Of a DNA stretch of 64,000 bases, positions 48,542 to 58,985 are shown piece by piece (position 1 is the stretch's first letter; each line of letters starts with the position of its first letter). Both the position numbers and the translations under genes were made by a program. The stretch covers positions 122,487-186,486 of the forward strand of contig JBHLSH010000002.1 of NCBI GenBank assembly GCA_048881705.1, read 5' to 3'. A model generated the notes under the pieces. The model did not search any database and was not told the origin of the DNA. It saw nothing but the letters and a program-made list of their open reading frames with translations. This stretch comes from Candidatus Heimdallarchaeota archaeon (GTDB lineage Archaea > Asgardarchaeota > Heimdallarchaeia > Hodarchaeales > Hodarchaeaceae).

Positions 48542-49171
48542 ATGAGACAGGTAACCTTGGTTCTAGCTCCACACACAGATGATGGAGAATTATCTATGGG
48601 CGGAAGCATTGCGAAATTCATTGAAGAAGGGAAAGAATTGTATTTGGCAGCTTTTTCCAGTGCAAGAACTTCATTACAGCCTGGAATGCCCGAAGATATC
48701 CTTGTAAAGGAAATAAAGGCTGCTGCCACCATTCTTGGGATCCCAAGTGGCCATTTATTAATCTACGATTATCCAGTCCGAAAATTCTCTTATCATCGTC
48801 AAGACATTTTAGAAGAGTTGGTGAAACTGAGAAAAGATATCAGCCCTGATATCATTTTTTTGCCATCTCCTAACGACCTACACCAAGACCATACCACTCT
48901 CTCCCAGGAAGGAATTCGAGCGTTTAAAACGGATTCAATTCTGGGTTATGAGTTACCTTGGAATAATATCACCTTTCAAACACAATGTTTCAGCGTACTC
49001 CAAGAAGATCACGTAAAAAAGAAAATTGAGGCTTTACACTGTTACCAAAGCCAAAAACACAGGAACTATCTTAAACCTGAATTCATCCGAGGTTTAGCAA
49101 AGGCTCGGGGTGTTCAAATAAAAGAAGAGTGGGCTGAAGCATTTGAAGTGATCCGCTGGAAACTTCAATAA
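48542..49171 (+). CDS. PIG-L/LmbE family de-N-acetylase
   Basis: APHTDDGE, DLHQDH, K..AL..Y.SQ, AEAF. Confidence 0.9.
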   Translation: MRQVTLVLAPHTDDGELSMGGSIAKFIEEGKELYLAAFSSARTSLQPGMPEDILVKEIKAAATILGIPSGHLLIYDYPVRKFSYHRQDILEELVKLRKDISPDIIFLPSPNDLHQDHTTLSQEGIRAFKTDSILGYELPWNNITFQTQCFSVLQEDHVKKKIEALHCYQSQKHRNYLKPEFIRGLAKARGVQIKEEWAEAFEVIRWKLQ

Positions 49172-49312
49172 ACACGAATTTGGTTGATACTTCAGAGATA
49201 ATATCGCTTTTTCTGCAAACCTACGTTAAAACATAACCTTAGTTTAATAAATCTAGAAAATTTCCATGAAGTTTAAAGAAAAGCCGTTCTAGGGAGGACT
49301 AGAATCACGCTT

Positions 49313-49885
49313 GTGTACGATTTAATCCCCGAAGCTATAATTAAGGGAAAGATTCTTGATATAGGTGCTGGTAACGAGGAATGGTTCGGTGACGAATTAC
49401 CTCAGCTCGAATCGAAATACAGAGACATATTTCTATCTGAAAACTATCTGGGAATTGACATAAATCCTCCCAAGAATGGTCTTTTGAACATCATTAGGCA
49501 AGATTTACTTACATTCGAGCCCAATACCCGATTCGATACTATTTTAATGATAGAAGTCATTGAGCACATATCAATCGAGCATTGGCCAGAGGTTTTTAGA
49601 AAACTTAGAAGTTGGTTAAATTCTGGTGGCTATTTATTCTTTTCGTGTCCCTATAATGAACCATATGTTTCCCCTCATCCCTGGAGACACCTTGTGTTCG
49701 AAATCACAGAAAAAACCGTTAAAAACTATCTCCCGGATGCTACTTTCCAAATCTACCCTCATCCACATGCGTTTGCAGCGCCAGGAGAAAATAAATTCCT
49801 GTGCTCTTTTCGATATATAAAGCGATTACTTACAGATCACCCGTTCTTGAAGTATCGATTAGCTACCATCTGGAAAAAACGGTGA
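49313..49885 (+). CDS. Class I SAM-dependent methyltransferase
   Basis: ILDIGAG, GIDI, FDTI...EVIEHI, L.SGG.L..S.P. Confidence 0.85.
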   Translation: MYDLIPEAIIKGKILDIGAGNEEWFGDELPQLESKYRDIFLSENYLGIDINPPKNGLLNIIRQDLLTFEPNTRFDTILMIEVIEHISIEHWPEVFRKLRSWLNSGGYLFFSCPYNEPYVSPHPWRHLVFEITEKTVKNYLPDATFQIYPHPHAFAAPGENKFLCSFRYIKRLLTDHPFLKYRLATIWKKR

Positions 49886-50021
49886 AAGTGTAATTATGGG
49901 TTTTTGATTTTGTAAAATCGAATATTACACGAATGGGAAGACCATTCCAATGAGGATTTACCTGGCCAACATTGTTAAGAAGATTGGAAGAGGGACCAAT
50001 CGTGTCGATGCATTAATCTAG

Positions 50022-51179
50022 GTGATTGATATAAGAATGAAGGAAATGGGTTCCAATTCCTCAACAAGGCTTGCCAAGAGAACCAAAAAAGCAACCCAGG
50101 AATGTAATATCTTGGAACATGTCAATTTAGAAACGGTTCACGATGAGTTAAAAAAATGGTTGGAGAGACACTCTTTTGATAATATCATTGTAAAACCTAA
50201 TTGGGTTACTGCAAATCCATTAACAAGAACAGAGTTAGATTTGTTCACCGCGACAGTTAGGACCTGCCTTGAAATAATAGAATCGGTAACCGTTGCAGAC
50301 TGTCCCATTGATAAAACAAATTTCAATGATGTTAAATCTTTTTACAAGAACGCTCTTAAGGGAGATAAAATTAAAGTTCGAAACTTATGGAGGGATAGGA
50401 CTATTATTGTGGATGTGCACGATGATTCCTTGTTTATGCCGTTAATTGAAGCTGATAAGACGAAATACCGAATGGGGCCACAACGAAGGACACCGCAGGA
50501 GCATCACTTCGATGATACGCATGAATATGGAGTGAGCAAACATATATATGAAGCAGAAGGAATCATTCATCTTCCAAGATTGAAAACACATAGATTGGCT
50601 GGGATCACGGGATGTGCCAAGTCGTTTATCGGAGTTGTTGTAAAAAAGTACTGGTTGCCACATTACACTCAAGATTATGATCAACCATCGCTCCCAACTA
50701 GCGTGGAAAGGCGCATACGGATTGCACGAATGAAGGAAAGATACCGAATTCCATCGAAACTTGTTCCTCTAGCTATTAGGAAATACATTTTAAAATTGGC
50801 TGGAGCAAAAGACAAGGTAGATGAATATCTGTTTGGTGGAGCGTGGGAAGGAAATGACACTATTTGGAGAACCATCTGGGATTTATTACAGATTTTTAAG
50901 CATATTCCTCAATTTTATATTCTAGATGGAAGAATAGCTGGGCAAGGCCATGGTCCAATGAAACCTGACCCACTACCCCTCCACAAGATATGGACCGGAG
51001 AAGATGCGCTCGCAGTAGATAGTTGTGGCTCGATGGCGCTTGAGACCGCAAAAGCAAAGATGCCCGAGGGATGGATTTCTCCTTATAGACATGAGAATAT
51101 TAGAATTTTTGATTTTATGGCCACGGGAGACAGCTCACCTCGAATGATTGACTTGGAGGCATTAAAACAAATGGTTTAG
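50022..51179 (+). CDS. DUF362 domain protein
   Basis: IIVKPNWV, IHLPRLKTH..AGITG..K..IG, ILDG..G.G.GP, GEDALAVD. Confidence 0.85.
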   Translation: MIDIRMKEMGSNSSTRLAKRTKKATQECNILEHVNLETVHDELKKWLERHSFDNIIVKPNWVTANPLTRTELDLFTATVRTCLEIIESVTVADCPIDKTNFNDVKSFYKNALKGDKIKVRNLWRDRTIIVDVHDDSLFMPLIEADKTKYRMGPQRRTPQEHHFDDTHEYGVSKHIYEAEGIIHLPRLKTHRLAGITGCAKSFIGVVVKKYWLPHYTQDYDQPSLPTSVERRIRIARMKERYRIPSKLVPLAIRKYILKLAGAKDKVDEYLFGGAWEGNDTIWRTIWDLLQIFKHIPQFYILDGRIAGQGHGPMKPDPLPLHKIWTGEDALAVDSCGSMALETAKAKMPEGWISPYRHENIRIFDFMATGDSSPRMIDLEALKQMV

Positions 51180-51193
51180 TTATTTAGGCCGAG

Positions 51194-52531
51194 GTGGTAA
51201 TGTTTTCACGAAAAAACAGTATTTACGGGATTATCAGAGGTAAACGTTACAGGAAAGTTCTAGATCGCTATTCAGAGCTAAACAGAAACCAATGGCTACC
51301 ATCAGACAAGATTGCGGAATTATCATGGCAAAAAACCAAAAAAACGATATTGTATTCGTACAAGAATGTTGAATACTACCATTCGCTTTTTAAGGGGGCT
51401 GGTCTTCATCCTTCAGATATTAAAGACCCAATAGATATGTTAAAAATCCCTATTACCACCAAACAAGATATTAAAAGAAACTATCCACACAAGATAATCT
51501 CCCGAAAGGTAGGGAAGACAGATTGGCATCCGCATTCGACTTCAGGATCAACAGGGGAACCTTTCGAATTTGCAGTAGATCACAATCTCAACATTGGACG
51601 GAGTGCACGGGATTTATTGGCCTACGAATGGGCCTTAAAACACAAGAGAGACAAGATTGTTTTTATCACAGGAGCTCGGGAAAAGAATTCTATTACGAGG
51701 TTAATTAACCGATATTTACGCCGACGCTTAATTATTTCTGCGTTTGAAATTCATTCGACGAAGGATTTGGAGGACTATATTGAGAAAATTGAACGATTTC
51801 ATCCTAATTCGATAATGGGCTATGTTTCCTCCCTCACAGTTATGGCCCAATACCTCGCGAATCACGATCGTTCTCTAGGAGGCTCCATTAGGAGTGTCAT
51901 CCCTGCAGGTGAAACTGTAAGCGAAAGCTATAAACGTCTCCTTGAGGAGAGGATTGGACCCGTTTTTAGGAGGTACGGTTGCCGTGAGTTTGGATCGATT
52001 GCCGGTGAGTGTGATCACCATCAAGGACATCATGTTCATGCTGAATCATTTTTTATTGAAATAATTAAGAATGGGGAGAATGCGGATTACCGTGAGAAAG
52101 GGGAGATTATATTAACGAATACAGAAAACCTAGCACTACCATTTGTTCGCTATAGTATGGGGGATATCTCAACATTGATAGAAAATCGATGCTCCTGTGG
52201 GCGTGGATTACCCCTCCTAGGAGACATCGAGGGTCGGATTGTCAGTTTGGTAAAGACCCCAAAGGGTAAGTTGATTTCTGTACATTACTTAACCTTACTG
52301 TTTGAAGATTATGGAAAATATTTTACTCAATTCCAAGCGATTCAGAAAACCCCAAATTATATGGAACTGTTAATTGTTCCCACAAGAAATGTTGACCAAA
52401 AAGTCGTGGACTTCATTCATACACAACTACAAGATTATGTCGGAGACGATTTTGAGATAGAAATCAGGCAGGTCGATTCCATACCCCTTGGGCCTACTGG
52501 GAAACGTGAGCTTGTACGGTCAGAACTATGA
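51194..52531 (+). CDS. Phenylacetate-CoA-ligase-family adenylate-forming enzyme (CapK-like)
   Basis: IPITTK, TSGSTGEP, AGE, YGCREFG, T..E..ALPFVRY.MGD, GR. Confidence 0.9.
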   Translation: MVMFSRKNSIYGIIRGKRYRKVLDRYSELNRNQWLPSDKIAELSWQKTKKTILYSYKNVEYYHSLFKGAGLHPSDIKDPIDMLKIPITTKQDIKRNYPHKIISRKVGKTDWHPHSTSGSTGEPFEFAVDHNLNIGRSARDLLAYEWALKHKRDKIVFITGAREKNSITRLINRYLRRRLIISAFEIHSTKDLEDYIEKIERFHPNSIMGYVSSLTVMAQYLANHDRSLGGSIRSVIPAGETVSESYKRLLEERIGPVFRRYGCREFGSIAGECDHHQGHHVHAESFFIEIIKNGENADYREKGEIILTNTENLALPFVRYSMGDISTLIENRCSCGRGLPLLGDIEGRIVSLVKTPKGKLISVHYLTLLFEDYGKYFTQFQAIQKTPNYMELLIVPTRNVDQKVVDFIHTQLQDYVGDDFEIEIRQVDSIPLGPTGKRELVRSEL

Positions 52532-52739
52532 TACAATCAAAAAGACAACTACTATGCAAATCTGTGCCGCCTTATCAGGCCTTTTCAATATCCTACGAAT
52601 TTGTACCATAAGAAAGGATTTTTACAAATATCCCCTTTCAGCACATTATCATATCCGATTCTTTCCTTATTCCTTCTTTTCTATCACATGGGTATATCGA
52701 AGATTCTGTATATCCCCAGATTTAGAAGTTAATGAATGG

Positions 52740-52762
52740 AAAAACCAATCAAATTGGTTTTT
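52740..52762. terminator. Inverted repeat between convergent genes (possible bidirectional terminator)
   Basis: AAAAACCAAT-CAA-ATTGGTTTTT, a perfect 10-bp stem. Confidence 0.5.
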
Positions 52763-52784
52763 TAAGATGCGAAGCTAGATCTAG

Positions 52785-54320
52785 TTATTCACTGGATTCA
52801 TATAATCTGTTGGTCAAACGTTTGGGGGTTGGAACGGATTCCATAAGAGTCTTTAGTATAGAAACCACTTCTCGGCTCTTAATGATCCTAAATCCAATTA
52901 CAAGAACCATGAACACGGCAAATGCAACCCCAAATGAACTGTATACGAGGGGTGAATCAATTACTGGAAATAAAAAGCCAATAACCAAACTGGCGGCAGT
53001 AATACCTGCTATTGTGATGAATTTTCTAATGTCATACTTAATTGGATAAAGAGATTGACTTAAATGAAAATCCAATAGAAAAAGCGAAATAAAGAAAACT
53101 GTACGACTCCAAACAGCTCCAAGCGCACCACCACCTGGTACTAAAACAAGAACTGACAGTAGAAAGACCAAACTTGCAAAGGCATTACGAATTCCGGCCA
53201 AGCCTGGACGTTTTTTTACAAGGGGACCAAAACCTGTAAGCCGAACCAAAGCTTGAAAGACGAAACCAATGAACAGTACTGGAATTAAGGCCGTACTCTC
53301 CCAAAACTCTGGACTGGAAAAAACAAGAACCAAGGAAGGTACAAACGTGCATAGGAATAGAGTTACAGCAATGATCACTACAAGATAAATTCTAGTCATT
53401 TTATTGACGAAACGCTGGATGTAATCATGGTTACCGATTTCATAGTTTTTGATAATAATCGTTGGATAGGATAAATTGACAACATAATCAAGAACTGCGA
53501 AGATATTTACAATAGATATTGCAACAGAGTAGATTCCTACTGTTTCATTTCCGTAAAGACCCAATAATAGGAGATTGAGGATGAACGTTTTTGTACTTTC
53601 GATAACGGTAACAAGCATGCTTGGATAAGAGAAATTGATTATTTCTTTGGCTCGGGAAAAGGTAAATAACTTTCCACTTCTTTTTGTAATCAATTCTAGA
53701 AGAAGAGGAATAATTAAAATCAGATAACCACCAATATGCGCGATCATCATACCCAATACTGACAGTTGCAATAATATACCAAAAATCACAGAACCTATCA
53801 AAGTCAAATATGGTATAACAGCCTGTAAACTGAAATATTTTATTTTATTCTGTCTTGAACGAAAGAAGGCCAGTAAAATGTTATCAAATGCAATGACTGG
53901 TGCAAGAAGACTCATCAAGCTAATATCCAGGACATATGTCTCGCTTTGAAAAAGCACGATTCCGATAAATGCTGATGAAAACATCAAAAGGGATGAAAAC
54001 CCCGAAAAAACTAATAAAAGACAAATACTTGACAATAGGGTTAAATTAGATTGGATTGGATCTTGGAGTGCATCTTCTTCCGTCGTAAAACGGAATACTG
54101 CCACACCCATATTAAACCCAATTAAGCTAGCGAGAACAGTGCTGTTATTAAGTAAGAAATAGAAACTTCCGTAGGTAGCAGGGCCGAGAAAAGAGGAGAA
54201 GAGCTTAACAAACACCACCCCACGTAGTTTAGCAAGAATCATACCCAGAAAGGTCCAAACAAAGAATTCTGTCGCCTGTTTCTTAATCGAAGCAGGAGTA
54301 GCCAAGTGTTCCACGCTCAT
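52785..54320 (-). CDS. Oligosaccharide flippase (Wzx/MOP superfamily)
   Basis: About 14 TMs; LGPATYG.F, VGIYSVA..I. Confidence 0.9.
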   Translation of the reverse strand: MSVEHLATPASIKKQATEFFVWTFLGMILAKLRGVVFVKLFSSFLGPATYGSFYFLLNNSTVLASLIGFNMGVAVFRFTTEEDALQDPIQSNLTLLSSICLLLVFSGFSSLLMFSSAFIGIVLFQSETYVLDISLMSLLAPVIAFDNILLAFFRSRQNKIKYFSLQAVIPYLTLIGSVIFGILLQLSVLGMMIAHIGGYLILIIPLLLELITKRSGKLFTFSRAKEIINFSYPSMLVTVIESTKTFILNLLLLGLYGNETVGIYSVAISIVNIFAVLDYVVNLSYPTIIIKNYEIGNHDYIQRFVNKMTRIYLVVIIAVTLFLCTFVPSLVLVFSSPEFWESTALIPVLFIGFVFQALVRLTGFGPLVKKRPGLAGIRNAFASLVFLLSVLVLVPGGGALGAVWSRTVFFISLFLLDFHLSQSLYPIKYDIRKFITIAGITAASLVIGFLFPVIDSPLVYSSFGVAFAVFMVLVIGFRIIKSREVVSILKTLMESVPTPKRLTNRLYESSE

Positions 54321-54423
54321 AAAGACAACCCAAGTGAGAATTTAGATCTATGATTCATAATGGACAACAAACTTCACTTGAATGAATCCTATGTACATTA
54401 ATTATACACCAGTGCGATCAATG

Positions 54424-55449
54424 TCATAGAACTAAACTCTCAAAAAAGGTTTCATATTCGTTCACAATCTCATCCCAATCGAACTTCAAGGCGGTACTCC
54501 TGGCATTGGAGGACATATGCTGAAGTTCATTAATATTTCCGATTAAATCTCTGAGGCGTTCTTCAAATGCTTCGAAATCCTCACATAGATATCCATTATG
54601 TCCATCCCGAATGATTTCGGCCATAGAGGTGGCATTTCTTGCAAGAATCGGTAATCCTGATGCAATTGCTTCGAGAATGGCGTTACTGAGACCTTCATGA
54701 ACCGAAGGAAAAAGAAAAATATCGTGGTCTCGATAAATCCTTGGCATCTCTCCATATGATACACTTGTAAGTGTGATATTTGATAACCTCTGAATTTGGT
54801 CAGCTATCTCCTGGTGCATTTCCCCTTGACCAATCATAGTAAACTTAAGGTCAGGAAAATCCTTCGCTAATTGCACCACGATCTCTGGGTGTTTATGAGA
54901 GACCAATCTACCAACGTATAAGACTCGAAGATTCTCAGGATCATTAGGTTCCTTTCGGGGAGAAAATAAATTGGTATCAACACCATTGTAGATGACAAAA
55001 GACGGCAAACCCCACTTTTCTTCAATTTCGCGGGCCGTTGTTTGACTAACACTGTGTACTACATCAGCAGCAGCTATCAATTTTTCGATTGCTTTGACAT
55101 GCTTTGGCTCAATACGCCACGTTTCGGGCATTCCATGAACGCTCGTTACATGTTTTACTTTCTTGTTTGCTAAACGAGCAACTCTTAAAGATCTCAAGCA
55201 ACTTGGGTTAAGCTTTGTGTGGATAATATCAGGCTTAAAGCGATAAAGACGCAATGGCCAGGTCTTGTTCATCGTTAATAGAGAAATATGTGAAGCAAAT
55301 TTCTTTTCACGTGAATACGCCAGGAAATGGAATTTCTCTGGCGGAAGACGTAATGCTATCAGTGTCCTATTGCGATTGATTGGATCTCCGATATAGGAGG
55401 ATAGTTTTTTTGGTGTAACAAAAACGGCGTGTTCGAAGATTTTGATCAA
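54424..55449 (-). CDS. Glycosyltransferase family 4
   Basis: IYNGVD..F.P, YVGRL..HK, FPS..EGL.N.ILEA.ASGLPI. Confidence 0.92.
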   Translation of the reverse strand: MIKIFEHAVFVTPKKLSSYIGDPINRNRTLIALRLPPEKFHFLAYSREKKFASHISLLTMNKTWPLRLYRFKPDIIHTKLNPSCLRSLRVARLANKKVKHVTSVHGMPETWRIEPKHVKAIEKLIAAADVVHSVSQTTAREIEEKWGLPSFVIYNGVDTNLFSPRKEPNDPENLRVLYVGRLVSHKHPEIVVQLAKDFPDLKFTMIGQGEMHQEIADQIQRLSNITLTSVSYGEMPRIYRDHDIFLFPSVHEGLSNAILEAIASGLPILARNATSMAEIIRDGHNGYLCEDFEAFEERLRDLIGNINELQHMSSNARSTALKFDWDEIVNEYETFFESLVL

Positions 55450-55571
55450 TTCGTTTTCTCCGTTAATCCACGGGTTATTAGTGGGAAGGTGTTAGTACGG
55501 AAGTATTAGGGCAGTAATCAAATATGAGATGAGCCCAAGGGAAGCCGCCATAGTACAAGGAAATGGGGTGC

Positions 55572-57299
55572 CTAATGTTTTGTCAATAGGTGAGCGGCGC
55601 TAATTATTCTTTCTGCGGCCCTCCCGTCGATTTTATAAAGATATTTCTCTATATACTTGCCTCTGTTTACTGATAATTCTGCATCTCCTTTCAATAGATG
55701 CACAATGGTATTTCTTAACTGGTTCCCATCATAGACGCCTACAGCTACACCCTCTTTTACATAATTAACTGGATCAGGCTCACCACTCAAGTTTAGAATT
55801 ATCACCGGTTTTTGGAGCGCAATTGCTTCCATGGCAGTTGTAGAGTGTCTAGTAATCATTAAATCACACAGTAAAAGATATTCTAGGGTATCAGCTTTTT
55901 TGGGGGTTAAAATCACATTAATTTCATAATTTTTCAGGTGATGTGTTATTAGGCCCGTATTACCCTTGGTTTCCCCAGGGTGTTGTTTAATAACAAGAGT
56001 TACATCCTCCAGCTGTTGCAATGTGCCAAATATGGTTTCTAAATTCTTATTATTCTCCTCCGGGCTAAGTCCATGCGTTTGTGTTGTCCAAAGAACTATT
56101 TTATGGTCCGGATTGATATTGTATTTCTTTAGAAATACTTCTCTCGAATAAATTCGATCAAGAACAGGCAACAAATCATACCTAGGTGATCCAGTTACCT
56201 TTACTTGATCGGTCTCGTAAATACTCTTATGGATGAGAAGATCATAATGATATAATCCGTAAACACACGTTAATTTGGGTAGCATTGCTGAGTCTTTGTG
56301 ATCTTCATGCCACATGTACCCATAATGTGTAGGGGTTATTACCCCGTGTTGAATGGCTAATGTTGGAATTTGCGCCAGTTTAGCAGCGACAACCAATGAT
56401 CGGCCCAAATCTCTGTATTCATCTTGGATAAGAATAAAGCGGGGATTCTCGCGTCGAATTATTTCTTTCGCTATCTCGATCCTCCTTACAATCTGAGGAA
56501 ATCCGTATCGAAAATACAAGACTAACTTGTCTCTGACGTGGAAATATAGCTGCCTTCCATTCTGAGCGCAAAAGGCTCTTAATTTTGCATCATCCTTTAT
56601 TTCCTCCCATATACTGTCGAAACGCTTTATAGCTCGACGTTCTGCTTTCCAAGTTTGAAACGACCAGTACAGTTCAAACGGATGGTACAGAATCTCTCCC
56701 CAGAGTAATTTTTCAATAAAAATCCGTGTTCCTTGTAAGGGAAAAACCCTTGGGGTGTTTATTCCGAGAATGGTATATCTGTTCTTCAAACGATTGATTA
56801 TGGTATCGAAGAGAGAATCAGACTTCTTTAGTCTATGATTACTAAAATCCCTCACATATCGCCACTCAACATCAAGAGCAGTGAATACAATCTTCTGCCG
56901 TATGGAATGTTTATCCCTTGATTTTCTATCATAAAATCTAAGAAGAATCCGGAGAAATAGGCTATTCAAAATATGTACAAAAAGATTAACCCGACGATAG
57001 AGTAATAGCAACGACATTTTTAGTCTGTTAAATCGTACAAATGAGGTATCTGGCTTTAAGTCATCAATAAACCTATGAAACGTAAAATCTACGAACCACC
57101 ATAAATAAATATCATCATAAGCCGTCAATTCAATAAGATTCTTGCCGCATTCCAGTTTGATTCTAAGAAGATCTTGATAGAAGTTGTCTCGCTCTTTCAT
57201 GTATCTATCACTATAATCTTGATCGGCCCTTCTTTCCAAGGATAGAATTATGCGACCGATCTGGGATCTCTTATTATGATTTACATAAACTAGATCCAA
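55572..57299 (-). CDS. GT-B-fold surface-carbohydrate protein (CDP-glycerol/capsule-transferase-like); candidate nonulosonate transferase
   Basis: AIQHG, VTGSPRYD, KQHP, S.TAMEAI...KPVI in the C-terminal half. Confidence 0.7.
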   Translation of the reverse strand: MDLVYVNHNKRSQIGRIILSLERRADQDYSDRYMKERDNFYQDLLRIKLECGKNLIELTAYDDIYLWWFVDFTFHRFIDDLKPDTSFVRFNRLKMSLLLLYRRVNLFVHILNSLFLRILLRFYDRKSRDKHSIRQKIVFTALDVEWRYVRDFSNHRLKKSDSLFDTIINRLKNRYTILGINTPRVFPLQGTRIFIEKLLWGEILYHPFELYWSFQTWKAERRAIKRFDSIWEEIKDDAKLRAFCAQNGRQLYFHVRDKLVLYFRYGFPQIVRRIEIAKEIIRRENPRFILIQDEYRDLGRSLVVAAKLAQIPTLAIQHGVITPTHYGYMWHEDHKDSAMLPKLTCVYGLYHYDLLIHKSIYETDQVKVTGSPRYDLLPVLDRIYSREVFLKKYNINPDHKIVLWTTQTHGLSPEENNKNLETIFGTLQQLEDVTLVIKQHPGETKGNTGLITHHLKNYEINVILTPKKADTLEYLLLCDLMITRHSTTAMEAIALQKPVIILNLSGEPDPVNYVKEGVAVGVYDGNQLRNTIVHLLKGDAELSVNRGKYIEKYLYKIDGRAAERIISAAHLLTKH

Positions 57300-57860
57300 G
57301 CATCAAAAAGCGGATCTTTAATAATGGAGGGGCCAGCCGCACGATACCCCTAGACATTCAAAGCCATAGGGATCTGTTAAAACTCCTAACTTCAAGGAAA
57401 ATTCGGGAATATAAAAAGTTCAACTACCGCACCCAGCAAAAATTCCGTTCTCTCAAAAATCCAAAGCTCTTGCCACTGCACTTGCTTAAATCTTCAAAAT
57501 TGTCAGAGATCCAAATGAGCATGAGAATTAGATTTGATTTTTACTCATGGAATTGATACCAAAATTCTCAGTGTAGGATGAAACTTCACCGACTATTATG
57601 AAAAAACGGAACGAAGTCGACTCGATATCCTGTTCTGATTTTATATGATGAAGTTCGTTTGTAAAGGAAATTGGAACAGTATGGAATGAATCCAACACCA
57701 AGAAACTCCAAAAACATATTGGAAGATCTTTTGATTTTTTTACGCAGAAAATCATCTTTTTTGGTTGATTCTTGAAGAAGGATTGAAATAATATTAGAGG
57801 GGATGGAAAAATGCGAAAAATTCAAACCAGTTGAGAAATCTAGGATAAGGACAGGTTAAA

Positions 57861-58982
57861 ATGCAAATCCCTCTCTTCAAAATCTATTCTGATGAGAACG
57901 ATATAGCATCTGTAACTGAAATCATCCGATCAGGTATGTATTGGGCTATTGGCCCCCTAGTTTCAGAATTAGAAAAACGAATTAATGAGTATCTAGGGAG
58001 TCATTATTGCGTGGTTTTCAATTCTGGAACTTCCGCCCTCCATGCTTTAATGCTGGCATATAATTTGGGTAACGGGGATGAAATAATTGTTCCCTCCTTC
58101 ACTTTTATTGCCACTGCCAATTCGGCGCTGTTTGTACACGCCAAACCTATCTTCGCTGATATTGAATCGCAGACGTTTGGGCTAGATCCAGGGGATGTCT
58201 TGGAAAGAATTTCGAAGAAAACCAAGGCAATTATCCCAGTCCACTATGGCGGGTGCCCAGCGCAAATATCAGCGTTGAGGGACATTGCCAATGATCATAA
58301 CATACTATTAATTGAGGATGCTGCTGAATCGTTTGGATCAACATATCACGGGAAAATGACTGGAACTTTCGGCGACAGTGCCATGTTAAGTTTTTGTCAG
58401 AACAAAGTTATCACAACGGGAGAGGGAGGGGGCATTGTAACCGATTCAAAGGAAATCTACGAGAAATTATTACTGATTCGTTCTCACGGCAGGTTGGATG
58501 ACAAAGATTATTTTTCCAATGCGAAAGCAGGTGATTATGTGAGTTTGGGATATAATACGCGATTATCAAATATCCAAGCGGCTCTGGGAGTGGCACAGCT
58601 TGCGAAGGTGGAAAAAATTATTTTGAAAAGAGAGACAGTGGCCAGGTATTACATTGAAAACCTGAAGGAGATTCCAGAGATCATCCTACCCCAAGTTTTC
58701 CCTAATACACGGAACGTTTTCCAGCTTTTTTCGATAAGGGTGAAACAAGGACTCCGAGACAAACTGATAGATTTTCTTAAATCTAAAGGGATTAGTTCCA
58801 AGGTATATTTCTCCCCAGTCCATTTAACTCACTTCTACAAAGATGTTCTTCAACATCGCGTTCATTTACCGAAAACTGAATTGATATCCAATGAGATCTT
58901 AAGTCTTCCTATATATCCAACTATGACTGAAGAAGAACAGAACTACGTGGTCGATACGGTGAAAACATTCTTTGGTTCATGA
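57861..58982 (+). CDS. DegT/DnrJ/EryC1/StrS PLP aminotransferase (LegC/PglE-like)
   Basis: NSGTSALH, VPSFTF.AT, EDAAESFG, SF..NKVITTGEGG (PLP Lys), LSLP.YP. Confidence 0.93.
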   Translation: MQIPLFKIYSDENDIASVTEIIRSGMYWAIGPLVSELEKRINEYLGSHYCVVFNSGTSALHALMLAYNLGNGDEIIVPSFTFIATANSALFVHAKPIFADIESQTFGLDPGDVLERISKKTKAIIPVHYGGCPAQISALRDIANDHNILLIEDAAESFGSTYHGKMTGTFGDSAMLSFCQNKVITTGEGGGIVTDSKEIYEKLLLIRSHGRLDDKDYFSNAKAGDYVSLGYNTRLSNIQAALGVAQLAKVEKIILKRETVARYYIENLKEIPEIILPQVFPNTRNVFQLFSIRVKQGLRDKLIDFLKSKGISSKVYFSPVHLTHFYKDVLQHRVHLPKTELISNEILSLPIYPTMTEEEQNYVVDTVKTFFGS

Positions 58983-58985
58983 TTT

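Noticed and set aside
57300-57860. Short ORFs 57528-57755 and 57586-57825, or a pseudogene in the gap
   Set aside because: Low-complexity AT-rich translations with no motifs; more likely a divergent promoter region.
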